From positions 1 through 52,251 of IMG/VR virus record IMGVR_UViG_3300033148_006861: a stretch of 52,251 bases of DNA; one strand, given 5' to 3'. The position numbers and the translations under genes are program-made. The notes below the pieces were generated by a model that was not told the DNA's origin, did no database searches, and was given only the letters and a program-made list of their open reading frames with translations. How positions within the stretch are numbered: position 1 is the first letter of the stretch; the number at the start of each line of letters is the position of its first letter. Source of the DNA: a virus. Its lineage: Duplodnaviria > Caudoviricetes. Positions 1 to 8,790 of this stretch are shown here, piece after piece.

Positions 1-105
1 AAGGGTTTGCTAAGGGTTTCCATAGGGTTTGCTAAGGGTTTGCTAAGGGTTTCCATAGGGTTTGCTAAGGGTTTGCTAAGGGTTTCCATAGGGTTTGTTA
101 AGGGT
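1..105. repeat. Tandem 33-bp repeats (11-bp subunits AGGGTTTGCTA / AGGGTTTCCAT), probable origin iterons
   Basis: Directly visible; encodes METLSKPLANP repeats inside the initiator gene. Confidence 0.85.
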
Positions 106-545
106 TCAAATGGGCTGCCATTGGCCTTTGGAATGGCTTCATCAATGCTTTTTTTATCATTTTGCTCTAATTCAAATTGGCCATTATTTTCAAAAATCTT
201 TTCAGCAATATCCAACAAACCATACTTTTTTAATATGGCTCTTATCGAAATAATTGCACGCTGATTTGAATTTATCCCTTGCGGATATTGGAATAACAAA
301 AATTTAGGCAGAAACCACTTTTCGCCATTATCTATTTCGACAATTTCAAAATCAGATGGTAAAAAATCTTTTGGATTCTCAATTTTCTCGCCGATATAAA
401 ATTCAGCAAGTTCCAGGTCATATTCCCAAATTCCAGCATGATTGCAATTATCGAAAAGATAAATAACAAAACATTTTTGCGCGGGAGTTAGCAGTCTAAA
501 CCAACGCTTTTTCCATATTTCAGTGTCAGTGAATCTCTTGGCCAT
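1..545 (-). CDS. Replication initiator / replisome organizer, N-terminal part (continues across the junction into 52251-51646)
   Basis: Hand translation MAKRFTDTEIWKKRWFRLLTPAQKCFVIYLFDNCNHAGIW... is open to base 1 and in frame with 51646..52248 when the ends are joined; typical phage initiator N-terminus. Confidence 0.85.
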   Translation of the reverse strand, partial: MAKRFTDTEIWKKRWFRLLTPAQKCFVIYLFDNCNHAGIWEYDLELAEFYIGEKIENPKDFLPSDFEIVEIDNGEKWFLPKFLLFQYPQGINSNQRAIISIRAILKKYGLLDIAEKIFENNGQFELEQNDKKSIDEAIPKANGSPFEPLTNPMETLSKPLANPMETLSKPLANPMETLSKP

Positions 546-751
546 TTTCAACCTTCTTTTTCTTAAAGCCCTCAAGTTTTTCATTCACCCTTTTCAACAT
601 CCGCTCCCAATCAACCGGACGCTTTTTAAATTCACTCTTTACCTCTTGTTCTATTTGTTCCCTAATTGTCATCAAACAATTATCCTTTTTCCAATCTCCA
701 TAATTAACAGCAGGGCAATCAATGACAACCTACCTATTTTCCTACCTGAAA

Positions 752-949
752 TTATGAACATGCCACAATTGAACTATTTGTTTGTTGACTGCCCTGCTTT
801 TTTAATTGCTCAGGAAAACGTAAATTTTTGCGCTTTACCAAAATAATTTCACCATCAGCAGTTTTTACTTGAATCCCATATTTATTTTCGGAAATATAAA
901 GTCCAGTTCTTATTTTGTCATCTTTGTCAAAGTATTCAACCGCTACCAT
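752..949 (-). CDS. Small hypothetical phage protein
   Basis: 65-aa ORF in the early-operon orientation. Confidence 0.5.
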   Translation of the reverse strand: MVAVEYFDKDDKIRTGLYISENKYGIQVKTADGEIILVKRKNLRFPEQLKKQGSQQTNSSIVACS

Positions 950-1261
950 TTCAATAACCCAATTTGTCCCACCAGTTCGATTGAAATGTTTCCTGCCATA
1001 ATTCTGTGATAAATTTATTTATGCGAGATCGAACTCGAATTACATAGACTAAGGCGCTGATTGCGCAAAAAATGAAAAAAGCATCTATCAAGATTAAGCC
1101 TGTATTAGAAATCATTTTTTAATTCACTATTCCTTTCTGTTTTTGCTATTCTAATGATATCAATGATTATTTCTACAAATAAGCACATCAACATAAATCC
1201 AAAAATTAAAGCAAGAATGATTTCACACAGTTTGTGCATTTTCACCACCACCTTTTTATAG

Positions 1262-1294
1262 AAGTGGGGATATCATTATGAGATATCCCCACTT
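1262..1294 (-). terminator. Hairpin downstream of recT
   Basis: 13-bp inverted repeat AAGTGGGGATATC/GATATCCCCACTT. Confidence 0.55.
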
Positions 1295-1299
1295 AATGT

Positions 1300-2457
1300 T
1301 TATCCGGTCGCTAATTTCTTCAATGCCTCTAAAACTTCTTGTTCTTTTTCAGGCGGAACTTTTTCGAGCGATTCAACATTATGCTTTTTTAGAATAGGCG
1401 GTATTCCTAAAGACAAATTTCTGTCATCAATGAGCGTTTTGTAATCCAAAGCCTTGTTCAAAAATTCATCGCTTGATTTCAATTCCTGCTCTTTTGATTC
1501 TGTTTCGGATTTTTCCTCTGGCTTTGGTTCGTCTTTAGCTTTCCTGCCTACGCTTGCTGATTTGCTTCTGGCTTTTTTCGTCTTTCGCTCTGATTTTTTC
1601 TCCTCTGGCTTTTCTTCCACGACTTGAGCTTCTTCGATTCTATCCAATTTAACCCCTGTTCCGTTCATGCTAAACATATCCGGTGTGATGACATTTTCAT
1701 CTGTAAGAGCACCTATGAGATATCGTTCATCGGACATCGGCACAAAAGTCCACAAGTCCCGAATAGCGCTTTTCTGCCACATCTTTTCTTCTTGATCGGG
1801 ATTGTTCCACGGCGAATATTTGGAATTCGCCGCTTTGGAACATGCCTTTCTTGCCATGACCTGCCGCCGGTTCAAAACCCGAAAGTCATAACCGCCGTCT
1901 TTATACCAAACTATCGCATAGGCATGGGTCATTTCGCCTTCATCTTCTGAATCATTTCTGCGGTGAATTATGTCACGATGAAGGCCAAGCTCATACTTAA
2001 ATTCATCCTTTGCTCTTACTACCTGCGCATCGACCGATTGCACAAGCCCGGTATTGCGCATCATTTTGATATAGCCCTTATAGCCAATCATAAATTGCGC
2101 TTCAATAAAACCCATCTTTTTGTTCTCATAGGGAATCAAAAAGCATTCACCGAATTGTGGAATTAATGACAAGCCCAAGAGGCTGGCCTGCATGATTCCA
2201 CCGATTAAGCTTTGCGGTGTGCATTGTTTCAAATCGGGATTGGTGGAAATAACGGTTGTCGCTAATTGGATTACGCGCTCGGCCTTTAAATGGCCGGGCA
2301 GAGCCTGCGAAATTTGAGGTTTGTACCTTTCGAGTAGATTTAAAATCTGTGACGAATTGAAATGTACTAAAGTTTTCGGGACTTGATTTTTTTGTCCATT
2401 CCCATTGTCACCAGCTTCCCCCTTCATAGCTTTTTTTGCTTTCTCTGCCACTTGCAT
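1300..2457 (-). CDS. recT: RecT-family single-strand annealing protein
   Basis: LKQCTPQSLIGGIMQASLLGL, ECFLIPY, QFMIGYKG, SPW and EKMWQKSAIR motifs; adjacent to YqaJ. Confidence 0.93.
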   Translation of the reverse strand: MQVAEKAKKAMKGEAGDNGNGQKNQVPKTLVHFNSSQILNLLERYKPQISQALPGHLKAERVIQLATTVISTNPDLKQCTPQSLIGGIMQASLLGLSLIPQFGECFLIPYENKKMGFIEAQFMIGYKGYIKMMRNTGLVQSVDAQVVRAKDEFKYELGLHRDIIHRRNDSEDEGEMTHAYAIVWYKDGGYDFRVLNRRQVMARKACSKAANSKYSPWNNPDQEEKMWQKSAIRDLWTFVPMSDERYLIGALTDENVITPDMFSMNGTGVKLDRIEEAQVVEEKPEEKKSERKTKKARSKSASVGRKAKDEPKPEEKSETESKEQELKSSDEFLNKALDYKTLIDDRNLSLGIPPILKKHNVESLEKVPPEKEQEVLEALKKLATG

Positions 2458-2498
2458 GGTGCACTCCTTTCAATTTAAATGTGAAAAGTTCATTAATC

Positions 2499-3446
2499 TC
2501 ACTCCTTAATTGCTTTTAAATAAAACCGCCTGGTTCCTGGTCTTGCAGTTAAGTATTTCTCATACAAATCTGGATGTTCTGCCCTGAATTTTTCTCTATC
2601 GAATTGTTTAGTATCTTTAGATTGCTTAAAAGTTGCTAATAGCTGCCCTTGATATAGCAGACCCTCAGCATCTTGAATGATATTTTTTAAAGTGGTTTCA
2701 AGTTCTTCTTTTTCTTTTTCGAGCTGTTTGATCTGATTTCTAACAGAACAAGCCCTATCCCAAATATTAAAAGTTTCAGATGTTGCTTCTATTAATTTGC
2801 CATCTGTATGCCTTGGCCATCTTTTTACAACTTCTGCTGAGGTACTTGGGTCTGGTGGGATTCTTTTCTGGACATAGTCAAGCCAGAACTTGACTTCATA
2901 TTCCTCCATCATTTCGATAAATTCTTGATCGGGTTCTATGGGGATTGATTTCAATTGCCAGTCGTCAACGATAAGTACAGCTAAAGCCGCCCATGAATAA
3001 CCTGTAACATTTAAATAATGCTGAACCTGACAAAATTTATAAATTGGCGCTCCATCTTCCTGCCAGCTTTCAAATGCTCTGCGTGAGGTTGTGGTAACTT
3101 CAAGAACCCCTGTGCCTTTTCCATTTCCACTTAAAATTTGCCTGTCTAAATCAGCAATTAGAAAAGGATGCTTTTTGTGGATTCGGATTGTATTGTCACG
3201 CTGGATTTTAAATCCATAATCAGAAGCCCACCAGCGGGCAGTTAAATCTTCAAGCATTTTGCCGCGTAACATTGCGGCTGTTTCGGTCTGTTGCAGGGGT
3301 TTTAAACTAACTTTTTCATTATAGACATCAAGGGGAGTTTTGTAGGGGTTAAGCTTACAGACAGCAGCGGCATCTGTGCCGCCTAAGCCTTTTCTTCTTT
3401 CTTTGAGCCATTCGGCTTGGCTCATACCTCTTTTGTCAATTCTCAT
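2499..3446 (-). CDS. YqaJ-like viral recombinase exonuclease
   Basis: EWLKERRKGLGGTD, YKTPLDVY, RGKMLE, HPFLIADLD and QVQHYL motifs. Confidence 0.93.
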   Translation of the reverse strand: MRIDKRGMSQAEWLKERRKGLGGTDAAAVCKLNPYKTPLDVYNEKVSLKPLQQTETAAMLRGKMLEDLTARWWASDYGFKIQRDNTIRIHKKHPFLIADLDRQILSGNGKGTGVLEVTTTSRRAFESWQEDGAPIYKFCQVQHYLNVTGYSWAALAVLIVDDWQLKSIPIEPDQEFIEMMEEYEVKFWLDYVQKRIPPDPSTSAEVVKRWPRHTDGKLIEATSETFNIWDRACSVRNQIKQLEKEKEELETTLKNIIQDAEGLLYQGQLLATFKQSKDTKQFDREKFRAEHPDLYEKYLTARPGTRRFYLKAIKE

Positions 3447-3449
3447 TTG

Positions 3450-3608
3450 TCAAACCTCCAATACAAGTATTTTTTTCTGCTCAATTTGAAGCCTTTCCAT
3501 TGCTTGCCGATTTATGTTAATTCGAGATTTGTACAATTCATCTAAAAGCGATTTGATTTCGTTTATTTTTGTTTTATAGTCATTAATTAAATCAAGTGTA
3601 TTTTCCAT
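3450..3608 (-). CDS. Small coiled-coil hypothetical protein (52 aa, not in ORF track)
   Basis: Hand translation MENTLDLINDYKTKINEIKSLL...; abuts both neighbours. Confidence 0.55.
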   Translation of the reverse strand: MENTLDLINDYKTKINEIKSLLDELYKSRININRQAMERLQIEQKKILVLEV

Positions 3609-3805
3609 TATACCAACTCAGCAGGATTCTTTAAAACCGCCTGCCTGTGCAGACAGGCCTTGTAATTATTTTCTGATTTTTCCTCAAGTTCGTCTATTAT
3701 TTCATCAGCGCTTTTAGCCGTGCCGCAGACATCACACTCTAAGAAATCGCTGCCAATATCATAATGCTCTGTCCAATCTTCACAATGCCGGCAATATGAT
3801 AACAT
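3608..3805 (-). CDS. Small zinc-ribbon protein
   Basis: CxxC...CxxC; start/stop overlaps with neighbours. Confidence 0.6.
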   Translation of the reverse strand: MLSYCRHCEDWTEHYDIGSDFLECDVCGTAKSADEIIDELEEKSENNYKACLHRQAVLKNPAELV

Positions 3806-4032
3806 TAGAAACTTTCCTCCATTTCTTTTAAAAGCCTTTTCCCGCCTTTAATAACAAAGCCATAAGGCGGGTTGGCTTGGGAATGAATAAAATAGAGATG
3901 ACCTTTTTGAGAAATTTTAAACCATGTCGGTTTTCGTAACATAGGATTTAATATCAGCACCATGTCATTCCAATATCTTACTACCTGACAATCTTTTTTA
4001 TTTAATTCAGACCAAATAATTTTTTTAGACAT
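3805..4032 (-). CDS. Hypothetical phage protein
   Basis: ORF overlapping the next gene by one base. Confidence 0.55.
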   Translation of the reverse strand: MSKKIIWSELNKKDCQVVRYWNDMVLILNPMLRKPTWFKISQKGHLYFIHSQANPPYGFVIKGGKRLLKEMEESF

Positions 4033-4293
4033 GACGCAGTTCCCTTAAAACCCCTTTTAAATGCCAAAGAAATTTATAATCACGAAGAAAGCACAAGAAA
4101 TGTAGAATTATTCTGCCTTTTCGAGTCATGGCAAGTTTCAATTTTGTTTGCAAAGTCATACGAACTCACTCCAATTTTCAGGGAAAGCTATCTTCCATAA
4201 CTGTCTTATTAAAAAAACACAGTGCCTGTGGACTTTTCTTTTAAGCCAAAAATAAAAGCATCAAAAACATAGTCGAATCCATGACCGCAACTC

Positions 4294-4569
4294 CTATACA
4301 GTTTTACCTAATAAAGTTGTTATCAAATAGCGATGGGCATAATCCGGGTCTAATTCCTCAATCTTGGCCCGCCATATCCACCACTCCTCAAGATGAATAG
4401 GCGTCAAACCAGTCAGCTTCTTATTGAGTATATTTTCACTGATATGCACCCGCTCCGCAAACTCCGATTGCTTGCCAATAACCCCTCTCGATACCATCAT
4501 TTTGATAGCGTTGCTCAATAAATGTGCAATGGCCATATTCATTCGGTCACCTCGAATGTAAGTTTCCAT
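4294..4569 (-). CDS. Putative HTH regulator (CII/Cro-like)
   Basis: QSEFAERVHISENILNKKLTG HTH-like segment; GGAGG precedes METYIRG. Confidence 0.55.
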   Translation of the reverse strand: METYIRGDRMNMAIAHLLSNAIKMMVSRGVIGKQSEFAERVHISENILNKKLTGLTPIHLEEWWIWRAKIEELDPDYAHRYLITTLLGKTV

Positions 4570-4699
4570 ATCGTTGCCCTCCATTTGTTGCAGTACTTTT
4601 ATCAATTTTAGTTGCCCGATTACCAAAATTGATTTTTAATTTCCTTGCATTTCTTTAAATTATTTTGTATTTTTTTATACAAAAGTATAATACCCCCCA

Positions 4700-4803
4700 T
4701 AGCAAAGGCCTCTTTTAGACCCCCTTTAGGTCTCCAGAAGCCTTGCTTTGGTTTGGAGTCCCCAGAGCTGTGAGTCGCCAAACTCTAAATGGCAGCTCTG
4801 GGG
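4700..4803. ncRNA. Putative structured RNA (two hairpins; c4-like GTTTGGCGAC loop), copy of the late-leader motif
   Basis: 11-bp stem CCCCAGAGCTG/CAGCTCTGGGG; loop and flank shared with 29952-30013, 40988-41063 and 16995-17009; intergenic. Confidence 0.6.
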
Positions 4804-4856
4804 AATATTTTAAAAGAACAATAATCCATCTCCATTAGCTGGATATTATAATTCTC

Positions 4857-5072
4857 CTAAATTACGTATTCAATAAAATTGAGAAGTTCGTTTTTATGTA
4901 TTCTAACATCGCCATTAGCCAAACGTGTTAATTTGATTAGCCCTTTGGCTATTTGTTTATTGAGTGTACGTATATCGCTGTATCCTAAAAAGCGAATCGC
5001 TTCGGATTTCTTGACAAGCTCACGCTTTCCAAACATGTTAGTCCAGTAATCAAGTAAGTCATCGAAAGACAT
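4857..5072 (-). CDS. Excisionase-like winged-helix DNA-binding protein
   Basis: KKSEAIRFLGYS...GLIK...VRIHKNELLNFI pattern of HTH_17/Xis proteins. Confidence 0.7.
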   Translation of the reverse strand: MSFDDLLDYWTNMFGKRELVKKSEAIRFLGYSDIRTLNKQIAKGLIKLTRLANGDVRIHKNELLNFIEYVI

Positions 5073-5081
5073 AGCTAAAAT

Positions 5082-5291
5082 ATATCAGAAATAAAGATTA
5101 AATTATTTTGCAAGAATTGCGGCAGTAATCTTTTTAAAATTCCACCGAACCCCAAACCGAATGATAAAATCATTTGTAATGGTTGCGGTCTCAGTTCCAA
5201 TTATAAAGATGTTAAAGAATTCTCCGAAAGGAAAATTCGGGAATCTTTGGTTGAATCTCTCCGAGATGCAACAAAGAAGCTTAAAAAATAG
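5082..5291 (+). pseudogene. Zinc-ribbon protein with ATA in place of a normal start (pseudogene or non-canonical start)
   Basis: Hand translation (I/M)SEIKIKLFCKNCGSNLFKIPPNPKPNDKIICNGCG...; in-frame stop just upstream. Confidence 0.55.
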
Positions 5292-5460
5292 CTGTATGAA
5301 TTTTAATTGATAATTATGCCGACAAATAACAATTATTTTTGAAATCATTTTCATTAAAAAATATAAAGATGGACTAAATCAAATTCTCCACCTGCTGGTC
5401 GAGAACAATGCAATGAATGCAAGAGCAAATAATTAATCAAAATACCATGCAGGCCCGTTA

Positions 5461-5712
5461 TCATTTTAATTCTTTTAATTCCCATACTGATGGCAGATTT
5501 ATTTCTCTACATATATCGCAAAAACAATTATAACATAAAGTATTCCCAAATTTGATATGTTCTCTTACTTTCAACCAAATATCATCTGAAACAGAAAAAT
5601 CTCTAACATTAACACCACATATTTTACAAAAAGATGCTAAATGTAAATTACAGATCTTAACTAAGAATAATTTATACAGTACTCTAACAGTTCTTATCAT
5701 TTTTGTTCTCAA
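5461..5712 (-). CDS. Small Cys-rich (zinc-finger-like) protein
   Basis: CKICG...LCYNCF. Confidence 0.55.
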   Translation of the reverse strand: MRTKMIRTVRVLYKLFLVKICNLHLASFCKICGVNVRDFSVSDDIWLKVREHIKFGNTLCYNCFCDICREINLPSVWELKELK

Positions 5713-5737
5713 TGTAAAATTGAATATATTACATATA

Positions 5738-6100
5738 ATGGAAACACCAGAAAAATATTTAAATAAACCAGCTTTTCTTTCTATCTCTATACCGCTCGAT
5801 GAAGAAATGTTTTTTGATCCGTTTATGCCGTCAAATGCTATAAAAAATTTATCACCTGATACAAAAACATTCTTTTATCAATTTAAATGTTATATTGTTC
5901 TTGGCTTAAATTATGGATTATGGATTGAATCTTTTGCTCGTTTTCAAGACATAAATGAAGAAAAGTCAATTTATCTCTATATCCCTGAAAATTATATCCG
6001 TTCTGTTGCAATTTTTCCAGAAGGAAAAGAACATAATCTGAATCAATTTTTGCAGCAAATCGGATTCGACATCCAAGAGAAAAAAGGAAATCACCAATAA
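5738..6100 (+). CDS. Hypothetical protein antisense to the early operon
   Basis: Likely start METPEK; C-terminal IGF motif. Confidence 0.55.
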   Translation: METPEKYLNKPAFLSISIPLDEEMFFDPFMPSNAIKNLSPDTKTFFYQFKCYIVLGLNYGLWIESFARFQDINEEKSIYLYIPENYIRSVAIFPEGKEHNLNQFLQQIGFDIQEKKGNHQ

Positions 6101-6197
6101 TTTTTAAAATTCTATTTCTATGACGATTATTAATTCTATTGTTAAGGTGTAATCCTAATTGATAATATATTTCTAAAGGCAAAGCCATCCTTGACAT
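5883..6197 (-). CDS. Hypothetical protein overlapping the 3' end of the + strand gene
   Basis: AGGAG RBS before ATG; may be partly a shadow frame. Confidence 0.4.
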   Translation of the reverse strand: MSRMALPLEIYYQLGLHLNNRINNRHRNRILKIIGDFLFSLGCRIRFAAKIDSDYVLFLLEKLQQNGYNFQGYRDKLTFLHLCLENEQKIQSIIHNLSQEQYNI

Positions 6198-6294
6198 TGA
6201 AGACTCCTATTTTAACAAAATCTTTTAAGCAGCTTCGGCCTCGATTGAGGCCAGCTAAAATTGCTCTTTACCAGTATTCCCGAAAGGAATTTTT

Positions 6295-6660
6295 ATGAAA
6301 AGAAACATGGACTTGATCCGAGAAATACTCTTTAAAATAGAAGAATTACCATTAAAATCAGAATATAAACTTTTAGAAATCAAAAATTACAATCAAGATG
6401 AAATTATTTATCATTTATTGATTTTACATGAAGCAGGATTAATCGTTGCACATATAGCCAATTATGATCAAGAGACATTAATTTATCCTAAACGACTGAC
6501 ATGGTCCGGCCATGAATTTTTAGAATCTGCTAAAAATAATGGACCATGGAATGAAGCTAAAAACTTTTTAAAAGAAAAAGCCATCAGTGTACCTTTTGCT
6601 TTATTTGAAAAGTTAATAAATCATTTCCTCGGTGCTGATCTGCCTGGTTTTAGTGTTTAA
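6295..6660 (+). CDS. DUF2513-family protein
   Basis: MKRNMDLIREIL...YHLLIL.EAGLI...RLTWSGHEFLE signature. Confidence 0.88.
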   Translation: MKRNMDLIREILFKIEELPLKSEYKLLEIKNYNQDEIIYHLLILHEAGLIVAHIANYDQETLIYPKRLTWSGHEFLESAKNNGPWNEAKNFLKEKAISVPFALFEKLINHFLGADLPGFSV

Positions 6661-6948
6661 AAAAACTTTTAAGGGTTTTGGCTCATTTATTACTTGATTA
6701 AATATTCGTTCCTTTTCTTCTGCTGATAATTCTTTAGAAGTAATTTCGATACCTAATATTTCAGCGACTTCAAGAATATGGTTAGCATATGTAATAGCGA
6801 CAGATTCACAATATTTAATACCTAAAAGGTCCCATTCTTCAGCATTTTTAAGTTCATCACGTAATTGAAATAATTGCTGAGCCTTTTTTTTCCATGCTTT
6901 TAGCAACAACCTGAGTTCTTTATCAATATTCTTATGTTTCATCATCAA
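6613..6948 (-). CDS. Hypothetical protein
   Basis: GAGG RBS; convergent 3' overlap with DUF2513 gene. Confidence 0.55.
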   Translation of the reverse strand: MMMKHKNIDKELRLLLKAWKKKAQQLFQLRDELKNAEEWDLLGIKYCESVAITYANHILEVAEILGIEITSKELSAEEKERIFNQVINEPKPLKVFLNTKTRQISTEEMIY

Positions 6949-7039
6949 ATTACCTCTTTTAACAAAATTTAAGTTGCTTCTGCTTGAAGTTCTGTTTGCT
7001 TGGCATTTGTTTAATTCTTACAAGCTAAATGGTGATAAA

Positions 7040-7273
7040 ATGTCAAAGCCACGCATTGAAAAATGTCCTGTTCTTAATAAGAATGTCACAATAACACTTG
7101 CGTATGTTTCCTCAAATCTTGATCAGCAGTTATCACCAATTCCCAAGCTTCAAGGAATGAGTGATTGTAATTGCAAAGATGAGTGTGGCATTAAAAAAGA
7201 GTCAAATTTATCCGAATGGTATTATGATTGGTCATCTTGTCCCATAGCAACAATTTTTAATAAAAATGGATAA
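7040..7273 (+). CDS. Small Cys-rich hypothetical protein
   Basis: Start MSKPRIEKCPV after GGTG; C-x-C-x3-C and CP motifs. Confidence 0.6.
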   Translation: MSKPRIEKCPVLNKNVTITLAYVSSNLDQQLSPIPKLQGMSDCNCKDECGIKKESNLSEWYYDWSSCPIATIFNKNG

Positions 7274-7422
7274 TGATAAAAATCAAGTTTTTCTTCAATA
7301 TTCATTACAATGTCATTGGTTGGCATCCATGTGCCACCTTTTGCTAACATTCTAATTCTTAATTTTGTTGCATCATCAGGAAATTCTAATAATGCAAGCT
7401 CTTTTTCATTTTCATTGTTCAT
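7222..7422 (-). CDS. Hypothetical protein
   Basis: AAGGAG RBS before MNNENEK. Confidence 0.5.
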   Translation of the reverse strand: MNNENEKELALLEFPDDATKLRIRMLAKGGTWMPTNDIVMNIEEKLDFYHYPFLLKIVAMGQDDQS

Positions 7423-7451
7423 TTTCTGCTCCTTAAAAATTATGCAGCATT

Positions 7452-7628
7452 TCACGCAGCCTGCGTTTGAAGTTCTGTTTGCTCGTTCTCTTTTTGAGAA
7501 AGAATTTCGTCAAGAAACAAATTTGCAGCTTCTTTTACTTTGAGGTTATTTATTGCTGCCTGAATTTTCAAACGCCTGTGAATTTCCAAATCTACCGCTA
7601 ACATTTTACGCTTATTATTATTGTCCAT
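7452..7628 (-). CDS. Ribbon-helix-helix protein in the Cro position (58 aa, not in ORF track)
   Basis: MDNNNKRKMLAVDLEIHRRLKIQAAINNLKVKEAANLFLDEIL: beta strand plus two helices; divergent from cI; AAGGA RBS. Confidence 0.75.
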   Translation of the reverse strand: MDNNNKRKMLAVDLEIHRRLKIQAAINNLKVKEAANLFLDEILSQKENEQTELQTQAA

Positions 7629-7673
7629 ATTAATATCCTTTTAACATTTTTGCATAATTATCATTACTGTACT

Positions 7674-7702
7674 AATATAATAAATAAAACATGATTTGTC
7701 AA
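7674..7702 (-). promoter_or_regulatory. Sigma70-type early lytic promoter
   Basis: TTGACA-N17-TATATT on the minus strand upstream of the RHH gene. Confidence 0.75.
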
Positions 7703-7750
7703 GTCTTTTTTGTACATTTTGCAAATTAATTTACATGTACGTTAATTTTT

Positions 7751-8479
7751 ATGAAATTAAATGCCAAACATTTTTCAGATCAATTAGATAAAATTTTAGA
7801 TGAAGATGGGTTGAGTCCAGAAAAACTGGCTTTACAATGTAATATTTCACATCCCACACTTTATCGGATTTTAAATAATAAAACTAAAGGTGTTCAAAGA
7901 AATATAGCCCGCAAGATCGCCGAGGGCACTGGCAGGAAGTTCAAGATCGAGGGTGACAAGATTTATTATTACAAACCGCCAAAATCGGAAAAAGACCTTG
8001 AATCATGGCGAGACATTGAACTGTATCAACCTATAACACCGCTTAGTGAGTTTGATCAGTATATCAAGGACTTAGGACTCCCGCCGCATCTGGCACAACC
8101 TTTGATGTACATCCCTTTGTTCAAATACCCGCCAAAATCTTTAGACAATTGGGATGCCACAGTTCAATCTTTACAAATAGGAGTGATTACTACGGTGTTT
8201 CAAGAGGGGAAAGATCGTCTTTTCGCACTACGAGTTAAAGACAATACAATGGCCGACCTAATAAAAAAAGATGCCATTGTAACCGCTGACCCACACAGCC
8301 CAATAGAAGATAATAAATTTGCAGTGGTTTCATTTCCAGATAATTCGTATATTATTAGAAAATATTATAAGCAGAACAATCAAATCTTGCTCATTTCGCA
8401 AACTAATCCCCCAGAATGTTTTTTTAAAAATCAATTTGAAACGATTTATCGTTTAATACAGGTTATTCAGCTTTTGTAA
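7751..8479 (+). CDS. cI: CI-like repressor (XRE HTH + S24 peptidase-like domain)
   Basis: N-terminal HTH (LSPEKLALQCNISHPTLYRIL); C-terminal FALRVKDNTM...YIIRKY S24-like domain. Confidence 0.85.
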   Translation: MKLNAKHFSDQLDKILDEDGLSPEKLALQCNISHPTLYRILNNKTKGVQRNIARKIAEGTGRKFKIEGDKIYYYKPPKSEKDLESWRDIELYQPITPLSEFDQYIKDLGLPPHLAQPLMYIPLFKYPPKSLDNWDATVQSLQIGVITTVFQEGKDRLFALRVKDNTMADLIKKDAIVTADPHSPIEDNKFAVVSFPDNSYIIRKYYKQNNQILLISQTNPPECFFKNQFETIYRLIQVIQLL

Positions 8480-8489
8480 GGATTAGAAA

Positions 8490-8768
8490 ATGCAAATATC
8501 CCAAATCGAAAAATTAGAATCTGTATTCGGCAAAGAACAAGCCTATGCTTTAGCAGATATCTTAGATGTGACATTAAGGCATGAACTTGATTTAAGAGAA
8601 TTGGCAACAAAACATGACCTAAAAGAAATCGAAAGCAAAATAAAAGAATCGGAAACATCGCTCAAAAGAGATATTAAAGAACTGGAACTTAGACTCAAAA
8701 TCTGGCTCATTACCGCTTTTATTTTGATCAGCGCATTCTTTAAGGCGCTGGATTATTTTGTGAAATAA
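8490..8768 (+). CDS. DUF1640-like coiled-coil protein with C-terminal TM helix
   Basis: ELATKHDLKE...DIKELELRL followed by a hydrophobic tail. Confidence 0.7.
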   Translation: MQISQIEKLESVFGKEQAYALADILDVTLRHELDLRELATKHDLKEIESKIKESETSLKRDIKELELRLKIWLITAFILISAFFKALDYFVK

Positions 8769-8790
8769 TATTCAAAAATTGGAGGTAATA

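Noticed and set aside
1-105. Terminal repeats as a CRISPR array or true terminal redundancy
   Set aside because: Units are contiguous with no spacers and lie in frame within the initiator gene; best explained as iterons at an assembly break
5103-5354. Minus-strand 83-aa ORF as a confident gene
   Set aside because: Almost wholly antisense to a more protein-like zinc-ribbon frame (5082-5291); kept only as part of the overlap pattern
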